From NCBI GenBank assembly GCA_965207805.1, contig OZ242312.1:2233204-2297203 (forward strand): 64,000 nt of DNA, in the 5' to 3' direction. This DNA is from Gemmatimonadota bacterium (GTDB lineage: Bacteria; Gemmatimonadota; Gemmatimonadetes; Palauibacterales; Palauibacteraceae). Under the pieces are notes generated by a model, which was not told the origin of the DNA, did no database searches, and saw only the letters and a list, made by a program, of their open reading frames with translations. This document shows, piece after piece, positions 48,201 through 55,996 of the stretch. Numbering within the stretch: position 1 is the first letter of the stretch; each line of letters begins with the position of its first letter. The position numbers were made by a program, and so were the translations under genes.

Positions 48201-48309
48201 CGGGCAGATCCTCGACCGGAATGAGCCGGAAGCTCGTCACGCCGAGCGCGAAGAGCGCGATGTAGATGGCGGCGGTCGCCACCGGCCGGCGGATGGCCAG
48301 ATCGATCAT
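45205..48309 (-). CDS. RND efflux transporter permease (HAE1/AcrB-MdtC-like), distal of tandem pair
   Basis: 1034 aa, 12-TM RND architecture, beginning MIDLAIRRPVATAAIYIALFALGV. Confidence 0.9.
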   Translation of the reverse strand: MIDLAIRRPVATAAIYIALFALGVTSFRLIPVEDLPEVEFPRLTVSATWNGASPEALEAFVTAPLETVIQQVGGVERVVSESSADPRGTGSSARIEVEFERDTRMEFARLELGERINSIRDELPEGVVPLLSEYVPQEFAEEEERLLSFSLTGPYTFARLGEIAEEEIAPFVRGLPGVSAVDVRGAERREIAVELDRGRLEALGLRPEDVSRRIAELSEPNAPGSVELDGRQFAIAVRTRALEVSDIADMIVLTRPDGPVRVGDLGHVRDQTEDPLFFWRINSQPTISISVYRQSGTNVIQIADDVKAAMTELGSTLPAGVGLELLQDQSENIREQLTELRLRAIAAAIVIFIVLTLFLRSLGAVLVVFATIGFSVLTAVNFLYIGGFSLNLLTLWGLAWGFGLVVDNGIVVLENVERHRRAGADPSDAASRGARQVVLPVLAATLTTAIVLVPFLFLQGELRVYYLPLTFAVGFSIIASLFVAFTFVPALASRISRMRDSSGAVVDPGLTTGDAAKAPIRPSEPFYIMGYRSLLGFALRHPVLVALVCLGSLAGSWYLFDEHVSTGRYWSGFGGSDSYITITISFPRGAGLERTDELARSFEAKLATIAEVERFEAQVRPNYAFMRAQFPDELEHTSIPVAIKDQMTAYSYGFSGVDVFVRGFGPSFYGGGSSPPNYSLQVLGYNYLTVQEIAEEIASRLTRFARIRDVDPNANSNWYQRDREFEYYVEPDREALAAYNLPVQQLLNYVSSNIQGRPFGSRIRVGGEEVRYAVKVDGYREFDFHDLSDLRVPISSREELRLANVAEVGRRQVLASIRREDQQYERTVAWEFRGPVRFGDLVRDAVVDAMELPPGYRIEKSRYGGWTTEETTQMWVVLAFSILLIYMVTAGLFESLLAPFVVLFSLPFALIGVFLIFFYTDATFTRTAFIGTIMMGGIVVNNAILVVYHIGEVRKRMPTAAAIVQGTLERVRPILMTTLTTVFGLLPLVLFAPSQDQNIWNALALATIGGLISSTLFVLVAIPVAYRYIVARRI

Positions 48310-51300
48310 GGTTCCACGCTCCCCCGCGCCATGCCCGGAGCCGCCGGCCCGGAGCGGCCGCCGAGGCCGTATCCCGGCGTCGGCTGGAGCGCGGCCGGAT
48401 CGCGGCGCTCGGGCTGCGGGCCCGGGTCGGGCCCCACGGACACGGATGGCTCGACCAGAACCGAATATACGACCGGCACGACGATCAGCGTGAGGAAGGT
48501 CGCGGAGATGAGGCCGCCGATCACCGCGACGGCCAGGGGGGCGCGGAGGTCGGCCCCGGCCCCCAGCCCTGCGGCGAGCGGGAGCAGCCCGACCACGGTC
48601 GTGATCGTCGTCATCACGATGGGACGGAGCCTCAGCCGGCCCGCTTCAAGGATCGCCGACCGCTTCGGCAGCCCCGCCCGCCTCCGCTGGTTGATGAAGT
48701 CGACCTTCACGATGGCGTCGTTGACGACGATGCCGATGAGGATCACGAGCCCGATGCCGCTCATCGCGTTGAGGCCGTCCCCGGCGATCCAGAGCGCGGT
48801 GACCGCCCCGATCGCCGCCAGCGGCACCGCGGTCAGGACGACGAGCGGCTGCACGAGCGACTCGAACTGGGCGGCCATGATGAGGAAGACGAGGGCCAGC
48901 GCGAGCGCGAAGGCGAAGGTGAGCGAGCGAAAGCTGTCCTGCATCTCCTCGTTCTCGCCGCCGACGCGCACGGTCGTGAGGGCCGGCCGCGGGATGTCCG
49001 CGATCGCGGCCTCCACCTCCCGGACCGACGTCCGGAGCCCGCCCTCGGCCACGTCCGCGAGCACCTGGATCGTGCGGTTCTGATCCTCCCGCCGGATTTC
49101 GACCGGGCCGAACCCCTGCCGAACCGTCACGAGTTCCCCGATCGGCACGCCCTGCAGCCGAAGCGCAAGCACCCTGTCGAGTTCCCGCCGGGCCGTCTCC
49201 GGGATCGTGACGCGGATGTCGACCTTGTCGGCGAATACCGAGTACGCGTTGTTCGTCTCCGACCCCCGGAGGTAGTCCTCGATCGCCGTCGCGACCGAAG
49301 TCACCGTGATCTGGTGGCGGGCCGCCACCTCCCGATTGACTTCGATGACGAGTTCCGGCTGGGTACGAAGGAAGTCCAGCCGGACATCGGCCAGCGTCGA
49401 GACGCCCTCGAGCCGGGTCTCGATCGCCTCGGCGACCGGCACGAGCTCATCCAGTTCCCCGCTCTGCACCTTCACCGCGAGGTCCGCCTCCCCGACCGCC
49501 AGCGCCCTGCCGAGCGAGGTTGCCCGCCCGGTCTCGATCGTCACGAAGGCCGGATCCAGCTCGCTCCCCGCGAGCCGCTCGCGCAGTTCGGCGATCGCGT
49601 CGCGCGTCGGCCGCGACGACCCGGCGAGCTGGACATCGAGCGCCGCGTTGTTGAGTCCGGTCAGGTCGCGCGCGGCGAGTTCGCTGCCCCGGCTGCGGCC
49701 CACCCGGGTGAAGACGCCCGAGACGTCCGCCATGCCGAGCAGGAGCCGCTCCACGTCCCCGGCCGCCTCGTCCGTCGTCCTGATCGGCGTCCCCTGCGGG
49801 AGGTTGAGTTCGACCCAGAACTGCCGCTCGTCGACGCGCGGCATGAGGCCCCGCGGGAGAGATCCGGCGAGCATGACGGCGCCGGCCAGGGCGACGACGG
49901 CGATCGCGAGCACCTCCAACCGGTGCGCCAGCGCCCATTCGAGCGTCCGCTCGTACCGGCCCGCGAAACGGAGGAACGCGCGCTCGAAGGCCCGCAGGAA
50001 GGGACCGAAGAGCCGGCCCAGGATCCTGCCGCCGCCGGTCGCGACATCGACGCCCGTGAGCCGGACCGAGCGCCCCACGTAGGCGATCGCGCCCCCGACC
50101 CCTTGCACGCCCCCGACGGCACCCCGACGCACGGCGCGGGCGAACCGTCGCACGCGTCCCGGCCGCTCGGCTTCCGGCGCTTCGAGCCGCCCCGAAGGCG
50201 GCACTTCGCCGGCAGAGCCCGCGGCTTCCACTCCGCGCTTCCCGCGGGCCACCTGCGCGGCGAGCACCGGAAGCAGCGTGAGCGCCACGAGCAGCGAGGC
50301 GAGGAGCGAAAACGTCACTGCAAGCGAAAGGTCGCCGAAGAGCGCGCCCGCCACGCCCTCGACATACAGCACCGGACCGAACACGGCGATCGTGGTGAGC
50401 GTCGACGCCGTGATCGCCGCGGCCACTTCCCGGGCGCCCCGCCCGGCCGACTCCCGCCCGCTCCCGCCTGATTCCTCGCGGTGCCGGAAGATGTTCTCGA
50501 GCACCACGATGGAGTTGTCGACGAGCAGTCCGACCCCGAGCGCGAGGCCGCCGAGGGACATGATGTTGAGGCTGACGTCGAATGCGTAGCAGAGCGCGAA
50601 GGCAGCCATGACCGAGATCGGGATGGCGAGCCCGATCGCGAGCGGATACCTCGGATCGCGCAGGAAGAGAAAGAGGACGAGGAAAGCCAGCGCCCCGCCC
50701 AGCAGCAGGGCGGAGACCACGTTCGAGATCGCGTCCCGTATGAACGCCGCCTGGCTGGAGGCGATCTCGATCGATATTCCCGGGAATTCCTCCCGCAGTT
50801 GATCCAGCGTCTCGCGCACGCCGTCCGCCACGCGGACCGTGTTCGTCCCCGCCTCCTTGAACACCTGCAGCCCGATCGCGGGCTCCCCGTTGAAGCGTGC
50901 GATCGTCTCGAGGTCCGCGATCGTGTCGACGACCGTCGCGACGTCGGCCAGCCGCACGGGACGGGCCCCGACCCCGCGCGGCCGCGCGATGACGACGTCG
51001 AGCAGTTCATCGACCTCCCGGAACTGTCCCAGCGTGCGCAGGCTGTACTCGAACCGGCCCCGCTGGATCGTGCCGCCGGGCGCATTGTAGTTCGCCTGGT
51101 CGAGCGCGTTCGAGATCTCGCTGAGCGAGACCTCGTGCACATCGAGGTATTCCGGGTCCACGATGACCCGCAGCTCCCGCTCGGGCCCGCCCGTAAGCCC
51201 CGCCAGCGACACGCCGTCCAACTGCTCCAGGCGGCGCTTGAAGACGACCTCGGAGAGATCCCGCAGGTTCCGCAGGTCCGCCCCGCTCACGGCGAGGGTC

Positions 51301-51716
51301 ATGATCGGATCGCTCGTCGGATCCGATCTCAGAATCGTGGGCCGCTCCGAGCCATCGGGGAGGAGGTCGGACAGGTTGTCCAGCTTCTCCCGCGTGTGAA
51401 GGGTCGCGAACTCCATGTCCGTGCCCCACGCGAACTGGAGCTGCACGAGCGATTGCCCCTCCCGCGAACGCGAGGAGATGCTTCGCGCCCCGGGGATCGA
51501 GTACAGCCGCTGCTCGATGGGTTCCGTGATGAAGCGCTCGACCTCCGCGGGCCCCGCGTCCGAATACGTCGTCCACACGGAGAGCGTCGGGAAGGCGACG
51601 TCCGGCAGAAGATCGATCGGCAGACGGAGAAACGACACCACACCCAGCACGCCGATGCCCACATAGAGCATCGCCGTCGCCACCGGCCGTCGAAGCGAGA
51701 TGTCGGGGAGCGCCAC
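48306..51716 (-). CDS. RND efflux transporter permease (HAE1/AcrB-MdtB-like), proximal of tandem pair
   Basis: 1136 aa, beginning MALPDISLRRPVATAMLYVGIGVLGV. Its stop overlaps the start of the downstream RND gene. Confidence 0.9.
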   Translation of the reverse strand: MALPDISLRRPVATAMLYVGIGVLGVVSFLRLPIDLLPDVAFPTLSVWTTYSDAGPAEVERFITEPIEQRLYSIPGARSISSRSREGQSLVQLQFAWGTDMEFATLHTREKLDNLSDLLPDGSERPTILRSDPTSDPIMTLAVSGADLRNLRDLSEVVFKRRLEQLDGVSLAGLTGGPERELRVIVDPEYLDVHEVSLSEISNALDQANYNAPGGTIQRGRFEYSLRTLGQFREVDELLDVVIARPRGVGARPVRLADVATVVDTIADLETIARFNGEPAIGLQVFKEAGTNTVRVADGVRETLDQLREEFPGISIEIASSQAAFIRDAISNVVSALLLGGALAFLVLFLFLRDPRYPLAIGLAIPISVMAAFALCYAFDVSLNIMSLGGLALGVGLLVDNSIVVLENIFRHREESGGSGRESAGRGAREVAAAITASTLTTIAVFGPVLYVEGVAGALFGDLSLAVTFSLLASLLVALTLLPVLAAQVARGKRGVEAAGSAGEVPPSGRLEAPEAERPGRVRRFARAVRRGAVGGVQGVGGAIAYVGRSVRLTGVDVATGGGRILGRLFGPFLRAFERAFLRFAGRYERTLEWALAHRLEVLAIAVVALAGAVMLAGSLPRGLMPRVDERQFWVELNLPQGTPIRTTDEAAGDVERLLLGMADVSGVFTRVGRSRGSELAARDLTGLNNAALDVQLAGSSRPTRDAIAELRERLAGSELDPAFVTIETGRATSLGRALAVGEADLAVKVQSGELDELVPVAEAIETRLEGVSTLADVRLDFLRTQPELVIEVNREVAARHQITVTSVATAIEDYLRGSETNNAYSVFADKVDIRVTIPETARRELDRVLALRLQGVPIGELVTVRQGFGPVEIRREDQNRTIQVLADVAEGGLRTSVREVEAAIADIPRPALTTVRVGGENEEMQDSFRSLTFAFALALALVFLIMAAQFESLVQPLVVLTAVPLAAIGAVTALWIAGDGLNAMSGIGLVILIGIVVNDAIVKVDFINQRRRAGLPKRSAILEAGRLRLRPIVMTTITTVVGLLPLAAGLGAGADLRAPLAVAVIGGLISATFLTLIVVPVVYSVLVEPSVSVGPDPGPQPERRDPAALQPTPGYGLGGRSGPAAPGMARGSVEP

Positions 51717-51747
51717 GGTCAGGCGACCTGCATGCGGCGGCGTTCGG

Positions 51748-53145
51748 TCATGGGCTGCCGGGCCCGCTCTCGAGGTACTCGGCGAGACTGGACCACGTGA
51801 TCCGGTAATCGTACTGCCGCTGGATCAGATCGGTCTCGGCCCGCTGCACCGCGTCGATCGCCTGCTGGAGCTCCGTGAAGCTCACGGTCCCGAGCCGGTA
51901 ACGCTCCTGCTGCATCTCGAGACGCTCGCGCGAGATCGCGTACACGCGCTCGAGCAGATCCAGCGTCTGAGCCAACTGTGAAATGTCGTCGCCGAACCGC
52001 CGCACATCGCGCTCGATCTCCAGCCGCCGACGTCGTAGATCCTCCTCGGCCTGCCGCCTGGCGGCAGACGCCTGGGCGTTCTCCCGTTCACGCTGGAAGC
52101 CGTCGAAGAGGCTCCAGGATGCCGTGATACTGAAACCGTGACTCGTGTCGCCCGGGTCGAACTGCCAGAACGAGTCCTCGGGACCGAAGTTCTCGCTACG
52201 GCTCCATCCCAGATTCACGCTGACCTGCGGCAGGTAGCGGGCGCGGGCGGTCCACAACGACGCGGCGGCCGCGGCGCGCTCCGCGTCGAGCGCCGCAAGT
52301 TCCGGATCGGAGGTCACGGCGGTCTGAACAACGAGGTCGATATCCGGGATGCCCTCGGGCATGCCGTCGTCGCCCGTGAGCACGAGGCCGTCGCCGGTGT
52401 CGGGCGGCAGACCCATCGATACCACGAGTTGGCGCAGCCCGGCGCGCAACTGGTTTTCTTCGGCGGCGAGGGCAATCCGCGCGTTCAACAGGTTCCCCTC
52501 CGCGGCGAGCAGATCCGTTCGTTCCACCGCCGCGATCTCGTACCGCCGGCTGGCGATCTCGAGTTCGAGTTCCCGGTCCGCGATCTGAGTTCGCGTGAGT
52601 TCCAGCAGTTCCTGTCGCCGCAGGGCCTCGAGGAAATCGCGGCGCACCGCAAGCACCACCTCGCGCTGCCGGTCGTCGTAGTATCGCTGCGCGGCGCGAA
52701 GACTTGCCGCGGACCGCGAGATCTCGGAGAAACGCCGTCCGCGATCCAGGACGACCCAGCTCAGGCCCAGCGTCTGCCTCGCGTTCTGGCTCGAAGACGT
52801 GAGGACCCCCGGAAGCGTCTCCGACAAACCCTCCTCGCCGACGAACGTAGTCCGCGAGAAACTCGACCGACCGAGGTCGGCGTTCACGCTGGCCGTGGGG
52901 AGGAACGCTCCCCAGGCAGCCAATCGGTCGGCGCCCGCCCGATCCGCCTGCGTCCGGGATATCCGCAGGACCGGGCTCTCGGTGAGGGCGATCCGAATCG
53001 CTCTCGTGATGTCGATCGTGTCCGGGAGCGCCGGACGCTGAGCAACGGAGGGCGTCGGGGCGGTGAGACCTCCGACCGCCAGGGCGGCGGCGAGCGCCCC
53101 CGCCCTGCGAAACCGGGGCCGGCGCCCTCCGGCTCCGCGCCTCAC
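51748..53145 (-). CDS. TolC-like outer membrane efflux protein (OMF)
   Basis: Signal peptide, two repeated coiled-coil/beta-barrel halves, and typical OMF heptad regions. The ATG overlaps the MFP stop. Confidence 0.8.
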   Translation of the reverse strand: MRRGAGGRRPRFRRAGALAAALAVGGLTAPTPSVAQRPALPDTIDITRAIRIALTESPVLRISRTQADRAGADRLAAWGAFLPTASVNADLGRSSFSRTTFVGEEGLSETLPGVLTSSSQNARQTLGLSWVVLDRGRRFSEISRSAASLRAAQRYYDDRQREVVLAVRRDFLEALRRQELLELTRTQIADRELELEIASRRYEIAAVERTDLLAAEGNLLNARIALAAEENQLRAGLRQLVVSMGLPPDTGDGLVLTGDDGMPEGIPDIDLVVQTAVTSDPELAALDAERAAAAASLWTARARYLPQVSVNLGWSRSENFGPEDSFWQFDPGDTSHGFSITASWSLFDGFQRERENAQASAARRQAEEDLRRRRLEIERDVRRFGDDISQLAQTLDLLERVYAISRERLEMQQERYRLGTVSFTELQQAIDAVQRAETDLIQRQYDYRITWSSLAEYLESGPGSP

Positions 53146-54392
53146 CGCGAACCGCCCGTGGAGCCGTTCGGCGTGTCGTCCGGGGCGGGTTCCGCTGGCG
53201 TAGCCAGGTCGTTGTGGTTCTCGATCCGCACCTGGGCGTCGTGCGTGAGGGTGGCGTGGCCGTCGACGAGCACGACTTCGCCGCCCGCGGGCACGAAGGT
53301 GTCATCTCCCTCCGGGTTGGGGATGATCTCGACCTGCGTGTCGTTCTCAAGGCCGAGCGTCACGTACTCCCACTGGGCGCGTCCCGTCTCCGAACCCGGG
53401 GCTCCCGGCTCGAAGACGAACACGACCTGGCGCCGGCTCCGCTCGACGACCGCTTCCTTCGGCACGAACGTCCGGTCCGCGAGCTGACGGCCGGCGATCC
53501 GCACGTTCCCCGGCATGCCCGGCACGATTCGAGCCTCGGGATTCGACAGGCGCACCGTGACCCGCGCCGTCTGCGTCTCGGGATCGACCAGCGGATTCAC
53601 GCTCACCACCCGCCCCTCGAAGATCTCTCCCCGCAGCGCGGGGAACGTGGCCGTCGCCACCCGTCCCACCTCCACGAGCGGGAGTTCGGAATGCAGGACC
53701 TCGGCGTCGATATCGATCTCGGAAAGGTCGACGATGGTCGCGATCGAATCGCCCGACCGGACCCGGCTGCCGTGCGCCACGCCGAGGTTCGCCACCAGCC
53801 CGGCGAAGGGGGCGACGATCCGCGTCTTTCCAAGTTCGTAGCGCGCTTCCGCGAGTTGCGCCTCATAGTCCGGGAGGCTCACCCGAATGCGGGCCTGTTC
53901 GGCGCGGGCCAGCCGGACCGAATCCGGCAACTCGTCATCGAAGAGCACCCGGTCGAGATACTCCGCTTGCGCGCGCGCCACGCCGGCTTCCGCCCGCTGC
54001 GCCCGGAGTTCGTAGAGCGCCGGGTCGATCCGCGCCAGGAGCTGGCCCGCCTGCACCTGCACGCCCTCCTGTACCGGCACCGCGGTCACCGGCCCGTCGA
54101 CTTCCGAGTGGAGCGCCGCCCTGCGCAGAGACGCGGCCCGCCCGCTCGCGGTGACCCATAGCACGAACGTGTCGCGCTGGATCACGGCCCCTTCGACGGG
54201 AAGGAAAATGTCCGTCGCGAAGGCCGCCGCCGAGGCTGTCCCCCGCACGGCCTCGGCCACGGAATCGGCCGCGGCGTCGCCGAAGCTCTGCGGCTCGTCC
54301 TCCCCGTCCTCGTTCAGCCGCATGAAGATGCCCACGACGGCCGCGCCCGCGACGAGCAGGACGATCAACGTGACCCAATGACGTGCCTTCAT
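53142..54392 (-). CDS. RND efflux periplasmic adaptor (membrane fusion protein, HlyD family)
   Basis: N-terminal TM anchor MKARHWVTLIVLLVAGAAVVG, followed by coiled-coil, lipoyl and beta-barrel regions (...RIVAPFAGLV...). Confidence 0.85.
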   Translation of the reverse strand: MKARHWVTLIVLLVAGAAVVGIFMRLNEDGEDEPQSFGDAAADSVAEAVRGTASAAAFATDIFLPVEGAVIQRDTFVLWVTASGRAASLRRAALHSEVDGPVTAVPVQEGVQVQAGQLLARIDPALYELRAQRAEAGVARAQAEYLDRVLFDDELPDSVRLARAEQARIRVSLPDYEAQLAEARYELGKTRIVAPFAGLVANLGVAHGSRVRSGDSIATIVDLSEIDIDAEVLHSELPLVEVGRVATATFPALRGEIFEGRVVSVNPLVDPETQTARVTVRLSNPEARIVPGMPGNVRIAGRQLADRTFVPKEAVVERSRRQVVFVFEPGAPGSETGRAQWEYVTLGLENDTQVEIIPNPEGDDTFVPAGGEVVLVDGHATLTHDAQVRIENHNDLATPAEPAPDDTPNGSTGGSR

Positions 54393-54673
54393 AAGCCTCG
54401 CACCGCTGTGTTCGGTTCGCGTCGTCGACCAGTCGGAGTGGCCGCGGCAAGCTCAATCTATCGCAAGACTGTCAACCGGCTATCAACCATCAGAGATCGA
54501 GACTTTGACACGGGAACGTGTGCCGACCGTTGTACGGCCCGCGGACCCGGCCACATCACCCCGGGGGGAGCTTAGACGGGCGGGCGCCCTCGATCAACTA
54601 ATTCAATAGTAGAACGGAGAGAGGCGTAGAGGGGCGAGAGCGTAAGGGGATGCGGCGCGCCGATCCAAACGGC

Positions 54674-54705
54674 GGGAGGGCGGCATCGCGCGATGCCGCC
54701 CTCCC
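54674..54705 (-). terminator. perfect 15-bp GC-rich hairpin immediately 3' of the secreted aminotransferase gene
   Basis: GGGAGGGCGGCATCG-CG-CGATGCCGCCCTCCC, followed on the minus strand by a GUUUGG short U-run. Coordinates are approximate. Confidence 0.5.
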
Positions 54706-54711
54706 CGTACG

Positions 54712-55878
54712 TCAGATCCAGTCCTTCTTGCGGAAGTCGGTCATGACCTCGGCGAGCTTCTCCATGTCCGACGGGAGGCCCATCGAGAGCCGGCTCCAGT
54801 CCGTCATCGGCGGGAACGGGCGGCCCACGTTGAACCCGGCCTCGAACATGCGCTCGTTGTAGGTCGCGAGTTCGCCCTTGATCCGGTGCATGACGAAGTT
54901 CGTGTGGCTCGGCAGGACTTCGATGTCGAGTTGGGCAAGGGCGTCGTACATGATCGCCTTCGCTTCGTCGTTCGTCTTCACGCTCTTCGCGAAGAACTCG
55001 TCGTCGGCGAGCGAGGCGACGGCGGCCACGCCAGCGACGTGGTTGGGCGCGTTCCGCGTCGCAAACGGGAGGACGCGCTGGACGGTGGCCTCGTGCGCGA
55101 TCCCGTAGCCGAGCCGGATCCCGGCCATCGCGTACACCTTCGAGAAGGTGCGGGCGACGATCAGGTTCGGATGGCGCTCGATGAGCGGGACGAACGTCTC
55201 GTAGCCCGGATCGTCCGCGAGTTCGAAGTACGCCTCGTCGACGAGGAAGAGGTGCTGCTCGCCCTCGTCCCGGATCCAGTCCATGATCGGCCTGGTCGCG
55301 GTGAGCGTGCCGGTGGGGTTGTTCGGGTTGCAGAAGTAGATCACGCTGGGCGCGGACGACTTCGCGACCTCTTGGCGCATGCGGTCGATGTCGTGCGCGT
55401 AGTCGCTCGTGAGCGGCACGGTGACGTGATCGTAGGCGAACGGCTGCGAGTACCTGGGGACGTCCTCGTACGTCGGCTCCGCGTAGATGAGGCGGCCACC
55501 GTCCGCCGCCCAGGCCGCCGACGCGATGCGCAGGATCTCGGTCGAGCCGGAGCCGAAGAAGAGCTGGCCGGGCTTGACGCCGAGTCGCGCCACGAGCGCC
55601 TCGCGCACGAGTTCGCCGGTCGCGCCGGGATAGCGGTTCGCCTCGTCGAGCCCGTCGACGATCGCCTGCCGCGCCGACGGGGCAATGCCGAGCGGGTTCT
55701 CGTTCGAACTCAACCGGACGGGCCCGTTGTAGTCACGTCCCGGTCGGCGGGGGTTGAAGATGGTGTCGAGGCCGCGCGCCGCCGTCGCGCCCGCGAGGGG
55801 TGCGGCAAGGGGTGCGGCGGCGATGCCGGCGACGCCGGCACCCGTGAGTCCGGTTCGAAGAAACGCCCTTCGCTTCAT
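54712..55878 (-). CDS. class II (HisC-like) PLP aminotransferase with twin-arginine (Tat) signal peptide
   Basis: Start MKRRAFLRTGLTGAGVAGIAAAPLAAPLAGATAARG (RR-x-FL Tat motif), then HisC-like region ...LSSNENPLG...YFCNPNNPTG...RTFSKVYAMAGIRLGY. AGGGAGG SD upstream. Confidence 0.75.
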   Translation of the reverse strand: MKRRAFLRTGLTGAGVAGIAAAPLAAPLAGATAARGLDTIFNPRRPGRDYNGPVRLSSNENPLGIAPSARQAIVDGLDEANRYPGATGELVREALVARLGVKPGQLFFGSGSTEILRIASAAWAADGGRLIYAEPTYEDVPRYSQPFAYDHVTVPLTSDYAHDIDRMRQEVAKSSAPSVIYFCNPNNPTGTLTATRPIMDWIRDEGEQHLFLVDEAYFELADDPGYETFVPLIERHPNLIVARTFSKVYAMAGIRLGYGIAHEATVQRVLPFATRNAPNHVAGVAAVASLADDEFFAKSVKTNDEAKAIMYDALAQLDIEVLPSHTNFVMHRIKGELATYNERMFEAGFNVGRPFPPMTDWSRLSMGLPSDMEKLAEVMTDFRKKDWI

Positions 55879-55996
55879 GTGGCCTCCCTGGTGTTCCGAG
55901 GACGCCGCCGCCGCGGGGAGGCGGCGCCCGCCCATGCTTCGTTGAAACATGGCCCGCAGGACGCCGAACGTCCAGCGCCGCCGGCTCATCCCGCGT

